A model generated the notes under the pieces. It searched no databases, was not told the origin of the DNA, and worked only from the letters and a program-made list of their open reading frames with translations. This document shows, piece by piece, positions 1 to 8,205 of a DNA stretch of 38,914 nt. The DNA is from Clostridiales bacterium. Its GTDB lineage: Bacteria > Bacillota > Clostridia > Christensenellales > CAG-138. The stretch is taken from NCBI GenBank assembly GCA_031270585.1, contig JAISXK010000029.1, positions 1-38,914 on the forward strand, read 5' to 3'. How positions within the stretch are numbered: position 1 is the first letter of the stretch; every line of letters starts with the position of its first letter. The position numbers were made by a program, and so were the translations under genes.

Positions 1-19
1 CGTAACAGCAAAAGAGAGG

Positions 20-1105
20 ATGAAAGGAATGCGGAAGAATTATATCGACAATCTGCGCTCCCTTTTTGTCCTTTTGCTTTTCGTTTATCACACTTTTATG
101 ATTTACAATTCTTTTGGGGAGAATTTCTATATTAAGGGACAGGAAATTTTACTGACTACGGGCTTTATGGTCGCTTTGTGGCCATGGTATATGCCCCTGC
201 TCTTTGTTTTGGCGGGCGTGAGCGCGGCGTTTGCCCTGGAAAAGCGGGACACGGGGCAGTATGTGAAAGAGAGAGTGTACAGGCTGCTGATCCCTCTGCT
301 TTTTGGGGTTTTGCTGTTGGTTCCCGCGCAGACATTTTTCGCCGAGCGGTTTCACAATGGTTACGGCGGCGGCTATTGGGAACAATACGCCCTGTTCTTT
401 ACAAAGCCTACCGATTTGACCGGTTACACAGGCGGTTTTACACCGGGGCATCTTTGGTTTTTGGCGTATCTCTTTGTCATTTCTTTGGTTGCTTTGCCGG
501 TTATTTATTTGTTTCGTAATTTATCCGGCAAAAAGGGGCCGGCGCTTTCGCCGGATAAAATGCCGGCATTGGCGCTTATCCCTTTGTTTGTGCTCCCGCT
601 TTTATTTGCGCCTGTTCTCAATATCGGCGGAAAGAGTTTGGGAGAATACTTCGCGTATTTCTGTTTGGGATATTTTGTTTTATCGCGCGAGCGTATCATC
701 GACCGATTGGAAAAATACCGTTTTTTCTTTTCCGCTTTTGCTCTTGCGGGTATGATTTTATATGTGGCGTGGTGGCGCTATGGCCGGGGCTATTCTTCCG
801 GGCTGCCGCTAGATTGCTTTGAGCGCCTGTACGCGTGGGTAGCCATTCTCGCGTTGCTTGGCATGGGAAAACGGCACTTGAATTTTAAAAACCGCGCGAC
901 AGATTATTTTTCCAGAGCGTCTTTCTCCGTGTATATTTTTCACCAGACCTGCCTGGTCGCCGCCGCATATATGGTGTTTCAAATTACAGGCGACGCGTTT
1001 ATCCAGATTGTTTTCATTATGGGTATCAGCATTGCAAGCACTTTTGCGGTATATGAAATTATAAAGCGCATACCTGGCTTACGGCTTTTGTTCGGCATCA
1101 AATAA
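20..1105 (+). CDS. Acyltransferase family 3 (OpgC/OatA-like) integral-membrane O-acyltransferase
   Basis: 361-aa ORF with about 10 hydrophobic segments. The N-terminal RKNYIDNLRSLFVLLLFVYH resembles the conserved start of acyltransferase-3 proteins. A GAGAGG SD abuts ATG-20, so the ATG at 29 (M4) may be the real start. The gene is visibly more AT-rich than most of the window. Confidence 0.7.
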   Translation: MKGMRKNYIDNLRSLFVLLLFVYHTFMIYNSFGENFYIKGQEILLTTGFMVALWPWYMPLLFVLAGVSAAFALEKRDTGQYVKERVYRLLIPLLFGVLLLVPAQTFFAERFHNGYGGGYWEQYALFFTKPTDLTGYTGGFTPGHLWFLAYLFVISLVALPVIYLFRNLSGKKGPALSPDKMPALALIPLFVLPLLFAPVLNIGGKSLGEYFAYFCLGYFVLSRERIIDRLEKYRFFFSAFALAGMILYVAWWRYGRGYSSGLPLDCFERLYAWVAILALLGMGKRHLNFKNRATDYFSRASFSVYIFHQTCLVAAAYMVFQITGDAFIQIVFIMGISIASTFAVYEIIKRIPGLRLLFGIK

Positions 1106-1131
1106 CAAATACAATATTCAGGAGTTAGCGT

Positions 1132-3183
1132 ATGTCTCAATCCAGAAAAAAAGCCAACAAGAGCAAGAAGAGCCGCAACTATAAAAAACCGCCAACTATT
1201 TCTCAACCTGTTAAACAGGCGGCACCGCTCGATTTTGATACGACCGAAAAGATCAGGGCCGAACAAAATCTCAACAATTATCTTACGTTGCTGTCTTTGG
1301 TTCGCACGCAGATATTTTTAGTTGTTTCTACTTCCGACACCCCGTGCGGGCTTGCACCGGCGCAATTGTTTACTTCCTTTCAACAAAAATTAGGGGCGCG
1401 GGTTTACCTTGGCGATAAATTCCGTTGCCCATACATTTTTGTTTTAGATAGTGGCAAAGTCGTCTATGAAAATATAGTTCACCCATCGACCGGCGCTCTT
1501 AGCATTGACCGGAAATTCGGCGAGTACCATATTCAGGCTCGTGCTTGCAGCTTTCTGAAACTTTCAGTTCTTGGTGCAAGTATATCCGTTAACAATACAT
1601 TTTCGGATTCAATAGGGAGAGGACTCAATTTTGCGGTATTTGACAAGGCTAATGGAGAAGTAATAGACTTTGTCAACTTTGATACGTATTGCGCCGAAGT
1701 TCCTGTCAGGCGGGCTTCGGTATTAAGGAATTTACTATCAAAATTTACACACTATTGTAAAGCGATAGGGGTAATTTATATTTCTGTCGGTAATTTATCT
1801 ATACCGAAAGAAGAACGCCTTCAAACCGAAAACGAGCGCAACATTTTGAAATACGGAATATTGCGGGAAGCGATTGCAATCAGTAAGGATGTTAACGCTT
1901 CGGCACTTGGCGCGTTCTATCATGACCAATCCGATATCGCTGATGTATTAACGGCTCCGAAATCTTACTCTAACCATAACGGCGTACGAAGATTTGAGGA
2001 TTACTATGGCCGGCGCGTAACCTGTATCGGTGGCATAAGAAAAACTGCAGGAGTCCCAAACGCCGCAAGCCGCAGCATATTCATGTTTGGCGGTTGTAAG
2101 ATTTTCGGCGTTGGAAATGCAGACGAAGACACTGTTTCTTCTAAATTGCAAGAACTCCTTAACGCTAACGGGCATTTGATACGCGTATACAATTACGGTT
2201 TCTATCAGAAGAGGGCCGGGGCTGCAAGCTACGAAGAGATAGAAAAGTTGCTTTATTCATTGCCTGTGAAAGCGGGAGACATCATCGTTTCTGATACTTA
2301 CGCTGAAAATTGCGGTCATATTGATTTGAGCAAAGTTATAGAAGAATTGCGCGGAAAAGGCGAAAAAGGGCCGGAATTATTTTTTGATTTACATGCTCAC
2401 TATACACCCGCAGCAAACACAATCATAGCACATAAAATATTTGAAAATCTCATTGAAACCGGTTATTTTATGACCGGTGATAAAATTCCGGCTCAGACCG
2501 CTGATGCCCTCCTCCCCCCGCGAAATGTTACAAATAGCGGCGAACCAGAGTATTTGCGTAAGTATAAATCCTTGCTTCGCGCATTATACTCGTCAGTCGG
2601 CAAGCCGCAAAATTGTGGCGCAATCGTAATGAATTGCAATCCATTTACAAACGGGCACCGGTATTTGATTGAAACTTGCGCCAAAAGGGTTGATTATCTG
2701 TTCGTGTTTGTAGTGCAAGAAGATAAAAGCTACTTTAAGTTTGATGACCGTTTTGATATGGTACTTGGCGGTATTAGCGATATAAAACATGTAATCGCAA
2801 TACCGAGCGGTCAATACGTTCTTTCTTCACTGACTTTTTCGGAGTACTTCAATAAATCCGCGTTACAGGATAAGAAGATAGATGCATCGCAAGACATACG
2901 GATATTTGCGGAAGAAATCGCTCCGATTTTAAAGATCAAAATTCGGTTTGCCGGTGAAGAGCCTCTTGACGCTGTCACGAAACAATACAACGAAGCGATG
3001 TCCGTTTTGCTTCCGCAGTACGGAATTATATTTGAAGAAATACGAAGGATTGAGCAAGACGGTCAGGTTGTTTCAGCTTCACGGGTTCGCGCGTTGCTTA
3101 ACGATGAGAATTGGGAGAAAATTGCCTTGCTTGTTCCGCCTGCGACCCTGGCGCATTTAAGAAAGCAGACGCCGCATTCTTGA
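1132..3183 (+). CDS. Multidomain protein: unassigned ~490-aa N-terminal region fused to a citrate-lyase-ligase (CitC)-type adenylyltransferase domain
   Basis: 683-aa ORF with a CAGGAG SD. The C-terminal ~190 aa (from about nt 2610) read AIVMNCNPFTNGHRYLIE..VFVVQEDKSYFKFDDRFDMV..IPSGQYVLSSLTFSEYF..RFAGEEPLD. This matches the CitC C-terminal domain, including the (T/H)xGH nucleotidyltransferase motif. The N-terminus has a Lys/Arg-rich tail (MSQSRKKANKSKKSRNYKK) and regions I cannot assign. The gene is very AT-rich for this window. Confidence 0.65.
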   Translation: MSQSRKKANKSKKSRNYKKPPTISQPVKQAAPLDFDTTEKIRAEQNLNNYLTLLSLVRTQIFLVVSTSDTPCGLAPAQLFTSFQQKLGARVYLGDKFRCPYIFVLDSGKVVYENIVHPSTGALSIDRKFGEYHIQARACSFLKLSVLGASISVNNTFSDSIGRGLNFAVFDKANGEVIDFVNFDTYCAEVPVRRASVLRNLLSKFTHYCKAIGVIYISVGNLSIPKEERLQTENERNILKYGILREAIAISKDVNASALGAFYHDQSDIADVLTAPKSYSNHNGVRRFEDYYGRRVTCIGGIRKTAGVPNAASRSIFMFGGCKIFGVGNADEDTVSSKLQELLNANGHLIRVYNYGFYQKRAGAASYEEIEKLLYSLPVKAGDIIVSDTYAENCGHIDLSKVIEELRGKGEKGPELFFDLHAHYTPAANTIIAHKIFENLIETGYFMTGDKIPAQTADALLPPRNVTNSGEPEYLRKYKSLLRALYSSVGKPQNCGAIVMNCNPFTNGHRYLIETCAKRVDYLFVFVVQEDKSYFKFDDRFDMVLGGISDIKHVIAIPSGQYVLSSLTFSEYFNKSALQDKKIDASQDIRIFAEEIAPILKIKIRFAGEEPLDAVTKQYNEAMSVLLPQYGIIFEEIRRIEQDGQVVSASRVRALLNDENWEKIALLVPPATLAHLRKQTPHS

Positions 3184-3190
3184 TTATGAA

Positions 3191-3217
3191 AGCCCGCCGA
3201 ACCCCGGCGGGCTTTTC
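3191..3217. terminator. Bidirectional rho-independent terminator between convergent genes
   Basis: AGCCCGCCG (3191-3199) pairs with CGGCGGGCT (3205-3213) around a 5-nt loop. It is followed by TTTT on the + strand and TTTCAT on the - strand. Confidence 0.7.
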
Positions 3218-3252
3218 CATGCTCCAGAAATTTCGAACTTATCGGCCTGCCA

Positions 3253-5187
3253 TCATTGACCAAGCGCGCGGCCCAACGCCATTCCGTCGGCAAAAGAGCT
3301 CAACGCGGCGCCGCCAACCGTTACCTCGCCAACGGCATATAAGCCTTCGATCGGCTGTCCCTGCCCGGTTATCACGTTACAGTTCTGGTCAAACAGCAAT
3401 CCGCCCAGCGTGATATGCACCGAAGGGGCGCAGGGCGAGGCGTAAAAAGGCCCTTCGGTCAGTATTTCGGTTCCGTTGAAAACGCTGCGCCCGAATTCCG
3501 CGTCGGTATGTGATGTTACGGCGGCGTTAAACGCCTCTACGGTGTTTTTTAAAGTGGCGGCGTCAACGCCCATTTTACCCGCCAGTTCCTCAAGCGTGTC
3601 CCCCGCTATGACAGTCCCTTTTTCAATCAGGTCGCCCACGGGATACCCGCCCGCCATTCCATCGACAACGCCGCTGTTGTTCGCGTCCGCGATAGAATAG
3701 GCCATACCGCCCGGCTGGTTCAAAATCGCGTTGGACATATCGTTGCGTGATCTTGTTTCGTCTACAAACCGCTTGCCCTCTTTGTTGACCAACAGCGCCC
3801 CGTTTGGGTTGATGCCGCCGCTCAGACTCCCGTCTTTGGGGTTCGCTATCGGGAAGAGCATATACTGATCCATGAGGGCCACACCCGCCCCCAACTCCTG
3901 CGCCATCAGAATGCCGCTGCCGACCTGCGCTTTCGTATTCGTTGATTTAATGGTTTCATCAAGGCTTTCCCACTGCGTATTATACTGCGCCAGCATCTTT
4001 CCGTTTGCGGAAAAACCGCCGGTGGCAAGAACGACGCCCCGCTTCGCGCGAACGGTATATGTCGTGCCGTCAACGCCTTTGGCCGTCACGCCGACAACTT
4101 TTCCTCCTTCTTCGATCAGCGATACCGCAGATGTTTCCGTCATGATCTCAATGGGAAGTTTTTTTTGCGCCATCTCGTTTTCAAGCGCCTTGAAATAGCC
4201 TACCCCCATGATCCCGCCCTTTACGGTGCTCCAGCGGGGCCATGGAAAACCGATTATGATTTGAAGCTGTTGGAACTCGGCGCCCATCTCTTCAAACCAG
4301 CGGCATACCTCGCCGCTTTTTGTGGCGTACCCTATCAAAGAGTCGTCGGGTCTTCCCAGCATCAAAAGATGGTATTGCATGGCGAGAAGCTCCTTGGAGT
4401 CAAAAACATAGTCCGCCCCGGATTTTAAATATGCCGCGTAGTCCTCTTTTACTTTCTTTTGCCATTCGCTCATCAGCGCGTTATCGCCGGTATCAAGGGC
4501 AAGCAGCGACTCCAGTTCGGCCGCGTATCCCTCATTTGTAGGCGGGCGTAATGCCTCCGGCGCGTCCATGTATTCCAAAAAGCCGCCGCTTACGATGGCG
4601 TTTCCGCCGATAGTGGATTGCGTTTCCAATACGACGACGGATTTCCCGCTCGCTTGTGCGAAGCTTACCGCAGTGGACATGCCGGACGCCCCGGCGCCTA
4701 CGACGACCAGTTCCGCCTCTTTTTCAACGACCGCGTCGCTTTTTTCACGCAATGCCGGCGCGCTGATTTTATCCATATCCGCGCAGTAGTCGGAAACGGC
4801 GTCCTTTACGGCGTCCATGATGGCGTAGGATGTGACCGTCGCACCGGATAATGAGTCTACCCGCACGCTCTGCTTTTCTACGATGCGGCCGGGAACTTGC
4901 TCCAAAGCCGCATCCGTGACGCCTATTGTTTCATTCTGGGAAACAATCTTTACATCAACAATCTCTTCCTCGGTCACGATTACTTCTACCGTTACGTCTC
5001 CGTTTCTCCCCATCGCGCTGCCTGTGTAGGTTCCCGGTTCAAACAAGCGCGAAGAGGGTATGGCTTCCGCCGACGGCGTCTGCGCCGCAGGCGCCTCGGC
5101 TTCGCCGGCCGGGTCTTGCGCAACAGAGCACCCGAAAGAGCCAATCACAAGCAATACCGCGATAAAAATAGCTATCCGTTTTTTCAC
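3253..5187 (-). CDS. Extracytoplasmic lipoprotein flavoprotein reductase (FMN_bind domain + FAD-binding fumarate/urocanate-reductase-like domain), paralog 1
   Basis: The lipoprotein signal peptide ends in the lipobox GSFGC. The FMN-binding domain carries the flavinylation motif DSLSGAT (nt 4837-4857). The FAD dinucleotide fold is VVVGAGASGMSTAV, and the C-terminal motifs are HITLGGL and GLYAVGE. The ORF track starts at 5208, but AGAGGAGG sits 7 nt before a GTG at 5187, so 5187 is the likelier start. Confidence 0.8.
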   Translation of the reverse strand: MKKRIAIFIAVLLVIGSFGCSVAQDPAGEAEAPAAQTPSAEAIPSSRLFEPGTYTGSAMGRNGDVTVEVIVTEEEIVDVKIVSQNETIGVTDAALEQVPGRIVEKQSVRVDSLSGATVTSYAIMDAVKDAVSDYCADMDKISAPALREKSDAVVEKEAELVVVGAGASGMSTAVSFAQASGKSVVVLETQSTIGGNAIVSGGFLEYMDAPEALRPPTNEGYAAELESLLALDTGDNALMSEWQKKVKEDYAAYLKSGADYVFDSKELLAMQYHLLMLGRPDDSLIGYATKSGEVCRWFEEMGAEFQQLQIIIGFPWPRWSTVKGGIMGVGYFKALENEMAQKKLPIEIMTETSAVSLIEEGGKVVGVTAKGVDGTTYTVRAKRGVVLATGGFSANGKMLAQYNTQWESLDETIKSTNTKAQVGSGILMAQELGAGVALMDQYMLFPIANPKDGSLSGGINPNGALLVNKEGKRFVDETRSRNDMSNAILNQPGGMAYSIADANNSGVVDGMAGGYPVGDLIEKGTVIAGDTLEELAGKMGVDAATLKNTVEAFNAAVTSHTDAEFGRSVFNGTEILTEGPFYASPCAPSVHITLGGLLFDQNCNVITGQGQPIEGLYAVGEVTVGGAALSSFADGMALGRALGQ

Positions 5188-5235
5188 AAGCCGACCTCCT
5201 CTTTTCATAACATATTGGGCACGTACCTAAGGTTT

Positions 5236-5266
5236 AACATAAGGCACAACCCCGGTTTGAGGTCAA
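5236..5266 (-). promoter_or_regulatory. Candidate promoter of reductase paralog 1 with a 19-nt spacer (MerR-type geometry)
   Basis: On the minus strand: TTGACC (5266-5261), a 19-nt spacer, then TATGTT (5241-5236). The spacer contains the imperfect palindrome AACC-GG-GGTT. Confidence 0.35.
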
Positions 5267-5304
5267 GCATAATTTCATAACGGCAACTTCGGCCGGCGGC
5301 AGTA

Positions 5305-6134
5305 TCAATCAATAGGTATCCATGCCAATACGTAATCCGAGGGGTCTTCCGGCGCTATGCGCGTAACCACTTTATTTGCTATCGAAATGCTCAGTATATC
5401 TCCGGTTACACGCAATCCATTCGCTTCCATCAATTTTAGACTTGGCACCGTCATGGAATAATAATCCCTGGCGTGGCCGCTGACGCGGACAATCGTCTTC
5501 ACGCAGCGTCTCGGATGATAATATGTTATGTACGGGCTGTTTACTGTGGAAAGAAAGCCGATCTCTCCGGCAAAAATCGCCAGTCCGGGTTCCACTACGT
5601 TATCCGGCCCTATATCTTCTTTTTTCGCAAGGCCGGAAAGCATGGTGATGGGCAACAAGCCGGTCCATTCGCCGATAAACTTGCGCGCGTCTTTGCTTTG
5701 CAACGCTTTCCTGTTGTTTGTGCAGGTTAGCCTGTAAAGCGGAGGTCTGTCTTCAATTGTTATTTTTTCGCACAATTCGGAAATTTCCGCGAGCCACGCG
5801 CGCTGCCGCGCAATCGCCCGTAAAAAGGCGATATTTTTGTCCACCTTCTTCTCTATTTCCCGTTTTTGACGTTGAAGCGCCGCGTCTATTCCGTTTATGT
5901 CGGCGCCGGCGACAATTTTTGCCGCTTGCCGTATGGGTATGCCCAGTTTGATGTAATTGCGCAATTGTATGCCGCGCTGCAACTCCGGGAAATGAGATAG
6001 TATCTGTAACCATTTTTCTCGTCCTTTACGTTTGGGAGCGCCCCCTTTTTTTCGTACATGCGTATTGCCTGTTGTGACACGCCCATCAGGAGGCAAAGAT
6101 CGCTCATTGTCAGAATCAAATCATGTTCCAGCAT
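5305..6134 (-). pseudogene. MerR-family regulator with GyrI-like effector domain, disrupted by a frameshift
   Basis: The HTH part MLEHDLILTMSDLCLLMGVSQQAIRMYEKKGALPNVKDEKNGYRYY is read from ATG 6134 (GGGGGGA SD) in one frame. The remainder, ..SHFPELQRGIQLRNYIKLGIPIRQAAKIV...YVLAWIPID, continues in the frame offset by one nucleotide (ORF 5305..6096). The two frames switch around nt 5994-6003. Both halves align with the intact paralog at 20601..21401. Confidence 0.7.
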
Positions 6135-6200
6135 ACGTATCCCCCCATATGTAAACTGCAAACCGGGTTGGGTGTTGGTGTTTCAGAAAGCCGCCTGCAT

Positions 6201-6215
6201 AAGCATAGTACGCCA
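6201..6215 (+). repeat. Copy of the 15-nt intergenic motif AAGCATAGTACGCCA
   Basis: Exact copy, lying between the divergent merR-like gene and the T-box promoter. Confidence 0.8.
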
Positions 6216-6248
6216 TGAAACCGCTATCGTAAAGACGAAAAAAAATTA

Positions 6249-6280
6249 TTGACATTTCGCGGGAACTTTGCTACTATAAT
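6249..6280 (+). promoter_or_regulatory. Sigma-70-type promoter for the T-box/asnB transcript
   Basis: TTGACA (6249-6254), a 17-nt spacer, TACTAT (6272-6277), overlapping TATAAT (6275-6280). Confidence 0.5.
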
Positions 6281-6289
6281 TTTCGTATT

Positions 6290-6584
6290 ATTTAGTGGCG
6301 TTGATGGAGAGAAGTACCTCTGGAGATCGGTTTTCAGTGAGCGGGAGAGAGTGCGAACCTCGCGGCCAGAGCCTTTGGGAATAACACTCCGGAGCTTCGA
6401 TCCGAACCCCGTGGCGGTATCCGGTTCCCCGGGCAGTAGGTGAGACGTGGGCGGCGCGTTACGTTGCGTGGGTTTGATGGAACCCGAGAGTGACCGGCGA
6501 CGGTAAATTAGGTGGCACCGCGGATTTTCAGCGATTCGTCCTAAAATATATATTTTAGGACGCTGAGGAGACGGAGGTGTTTTT
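6290..6584 (+). promoter_or_regulatory. T-box riboswitch leader, asparagine (AAC) specifier
   Basis: The stem I base GUUGAUGGAGAGAAGUA contains the AGAGA/AGUA elements. The specifier-loop context is GGGAAUAACACUCCGGAG, with AAC at 6383-6385 followed by a purine. The conserved T-box AAAUUAGGUGGCACCGCGG lies at 6505-6523. A long AT-rich hairpin spans 6529-6566, and T5 at 6580-6584 lies directly upstream of asnB. Confidence 0.8.
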
Positions 6585-8165
6585 ATGTGCTCTATTATGG
6601 GTTATGCAGGCACGGATATTTCCCCACAGGAATTGCTGGACGCGTTTGAGCGATCCAAATCCCGCGGGCCGGACCGTACCCGTATGGAGAAGTTTTCGCG
6701 GGGCAGCTTGCTTTTCCACCGGCTGGCGATTATGGGACTGGAGGAAGCGGGCATGCAGCCCTTTACGCGCGGTAAAACCTCTGTGGTGTGTAATGGCGAG
6801 CTATACGGCTTTCGCGAGCTGAAAGAGCAACTCATAAAGGAGGGATACCGCTTTAACAGCGGGTCCGACTGCGAACTGTTGCCGCCCCTTTACGAAAAGC
6901 ACGGGCTTGCCATGTTTAAGCTCTTAGACGCGGAGTTCGCCCTGATATTGCACGACGCGAAGCAGGGCGGGCTTATCGCCGCGCGGGATCCTATAGGCAT
7001 ACGCCCGCTGTATTACGGCTACAGCCGCAGCGGGCAAATACTGTTCGCGAGCGAGCCCAAATGCCTGACCGGTCTTGCGGATATCATACACCCCTTCCCG
7101 CCGGGCCACTACTACGCGAACGGCGCGTTCACCGCCTACTGCGATATCACGCGGGTAAGCGCCTATTCCCACGACAGCCTGGACGACATCTGCGCCGAAA
7201 TAAACGCGCGGCTGACGCGCGGCATTGAAAAGCGGCTGGACGCGGACGCGCCGCTGGGCTTTTTGCTTTCGGGCGGGCTCGATAGCTCGCTGGTTTGCGC
7301 CGTGGCCGCAAAAACGCTGAAAAAGCCCATCCGCACATTCGCCATCGGCATGCAAAAAGACGCTATAGACCTCAAGTACGCACGGACTGTCGCGCGGCAT
7401 ATCAAAAGCTGCCACACGGAAGTTCTCATCACGAAAGAAGACGTTACAGGGGCGCTGGAGGATGTCGTATACACCTTGGGCACCTATGATATCACGACCA
7501 TTCGCGCCAGCATCGGCATGTATCTGCTTTGCCGGCACATCCATGAGCATACGGATATCCGCGTGCTGCTGACGGGGGAAATATCCGACGAGCTGTTCGG
7601 CTATAAGTACACCGATTTCGCGCCGGACGCCAACGCCTTTCAGCTGGAATCGCAAAAGCGGCTGCGGGAACTGCATATGTACGATGTGCTGCGCGCGGAT
7701 CGCTGTATATCCGCCAACTCCATGGAAGCCCGCGTGCCGTTCGGCGATCTGTCGTTTGTGCGCTATGTGATGGCTATCGACCCCGCGAAGAAAATAAACA
7801 CATACGGCAAAGGCAAATACCTGCTGCGCCGCGCGTTTATGGGGGATTATCTGCCCCAAAGCATACTTCAACGGGAAAAGGCCGCCTTCAGCGACGCCGT
7901 TGGGCATTCCATGGTGGATCACCTGAAGGCATACGCGCAGACCCTGTACAGCGACGGCGCATTTCGCTCCAAATGCGCGCAATACGCCCACGCGCGGCCG
8001 TTCACCAAGGAATCCCTCCTGTATCGGGAGCTGTTTGAAAAGTATTATCCCGGCCAGTCTCACATGGTCGCGGACTTTTGGATGCCCAACCGCGAGTGGG
8101 AGGGCTGCGACGTGGATGACCCATCCGCGCGGGCGCTTGCCAACTATGGCGCGAGCGGCGTGTGA
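6585..8165 (+). CDS. asnB: Asparagine synthase (glutamine-hydrolysing)
   Basis: 526 aa. The sequence starts MCSIMGY, so Cys2 is the Ntn amidotransferase nucleophile. The synthetase domain carries the PP-loop motif FLLSGGLDSS. A GGAGG SD precedes the start. Confidence 0.9.
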   Translation: MCSIMGYAGTDISPQELLDAFERSKSRGPDRTRMEKFSRGSLLFHRLAIMGLEEAGMQPFTRGKTSVVCNGELYGFRELKEQLIKEGYRFNSGSDCELLPPLYEKHGLAMFKLLDAEFALILHDAKQGGLIAARDPIGIRPLYYGYSRSGQILFASEPKCLTGLADIIHPFPPGHYYANGAFTAYCDITRVSAYSHDSLDDICAEINARLTRGIEKRLDADAPLGFLLSGGLDSSLVCAVAAKTLKKPIRTFAIGMQKDAIDLKYARTVARHIKSCHTEVLITKEDVTGALEDVVYTLGTYDITTIRASIGMYLLCRHIHEHTDIRVLLTGEISDELFGYKYTDFAPDANAFQLESQKRLRELHMYDVLRADRCISANSMEARVPFGDLSFVRYVMAIDPAKKINTYGKGKYLLRRAFMGDYLPQSILQREKAAFSDAVGHSMVDHLKAYAQTLYSDGAFRSKCAQYAHARPFTKESLLYRELFEKYYPGQSHMVADFWMPNREWEGCDVDDPSARALANYGASGV

Positions 8166-8205
8166 AGCATAAAAATTTTATATACTGCGAAAAGGAGAAC
8201 AAATT

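Noticed and set aside
5990-6005. Programmed ribosomal frameshift in the MerR-like gene
   Set aside because: There is no slippery heptamer or homopolymer at the frame junction, and I saw no obvious downstream stimulatory structure. An indel (pseudogene) or a sequencing error is more parsimonious.
6924-8063. 379-aa minus-strand ORF
   Set aside because: It is antisense to asnB and has an Arg/Ala/Gly-rich shadow-frame composition with no recognisable motifs.
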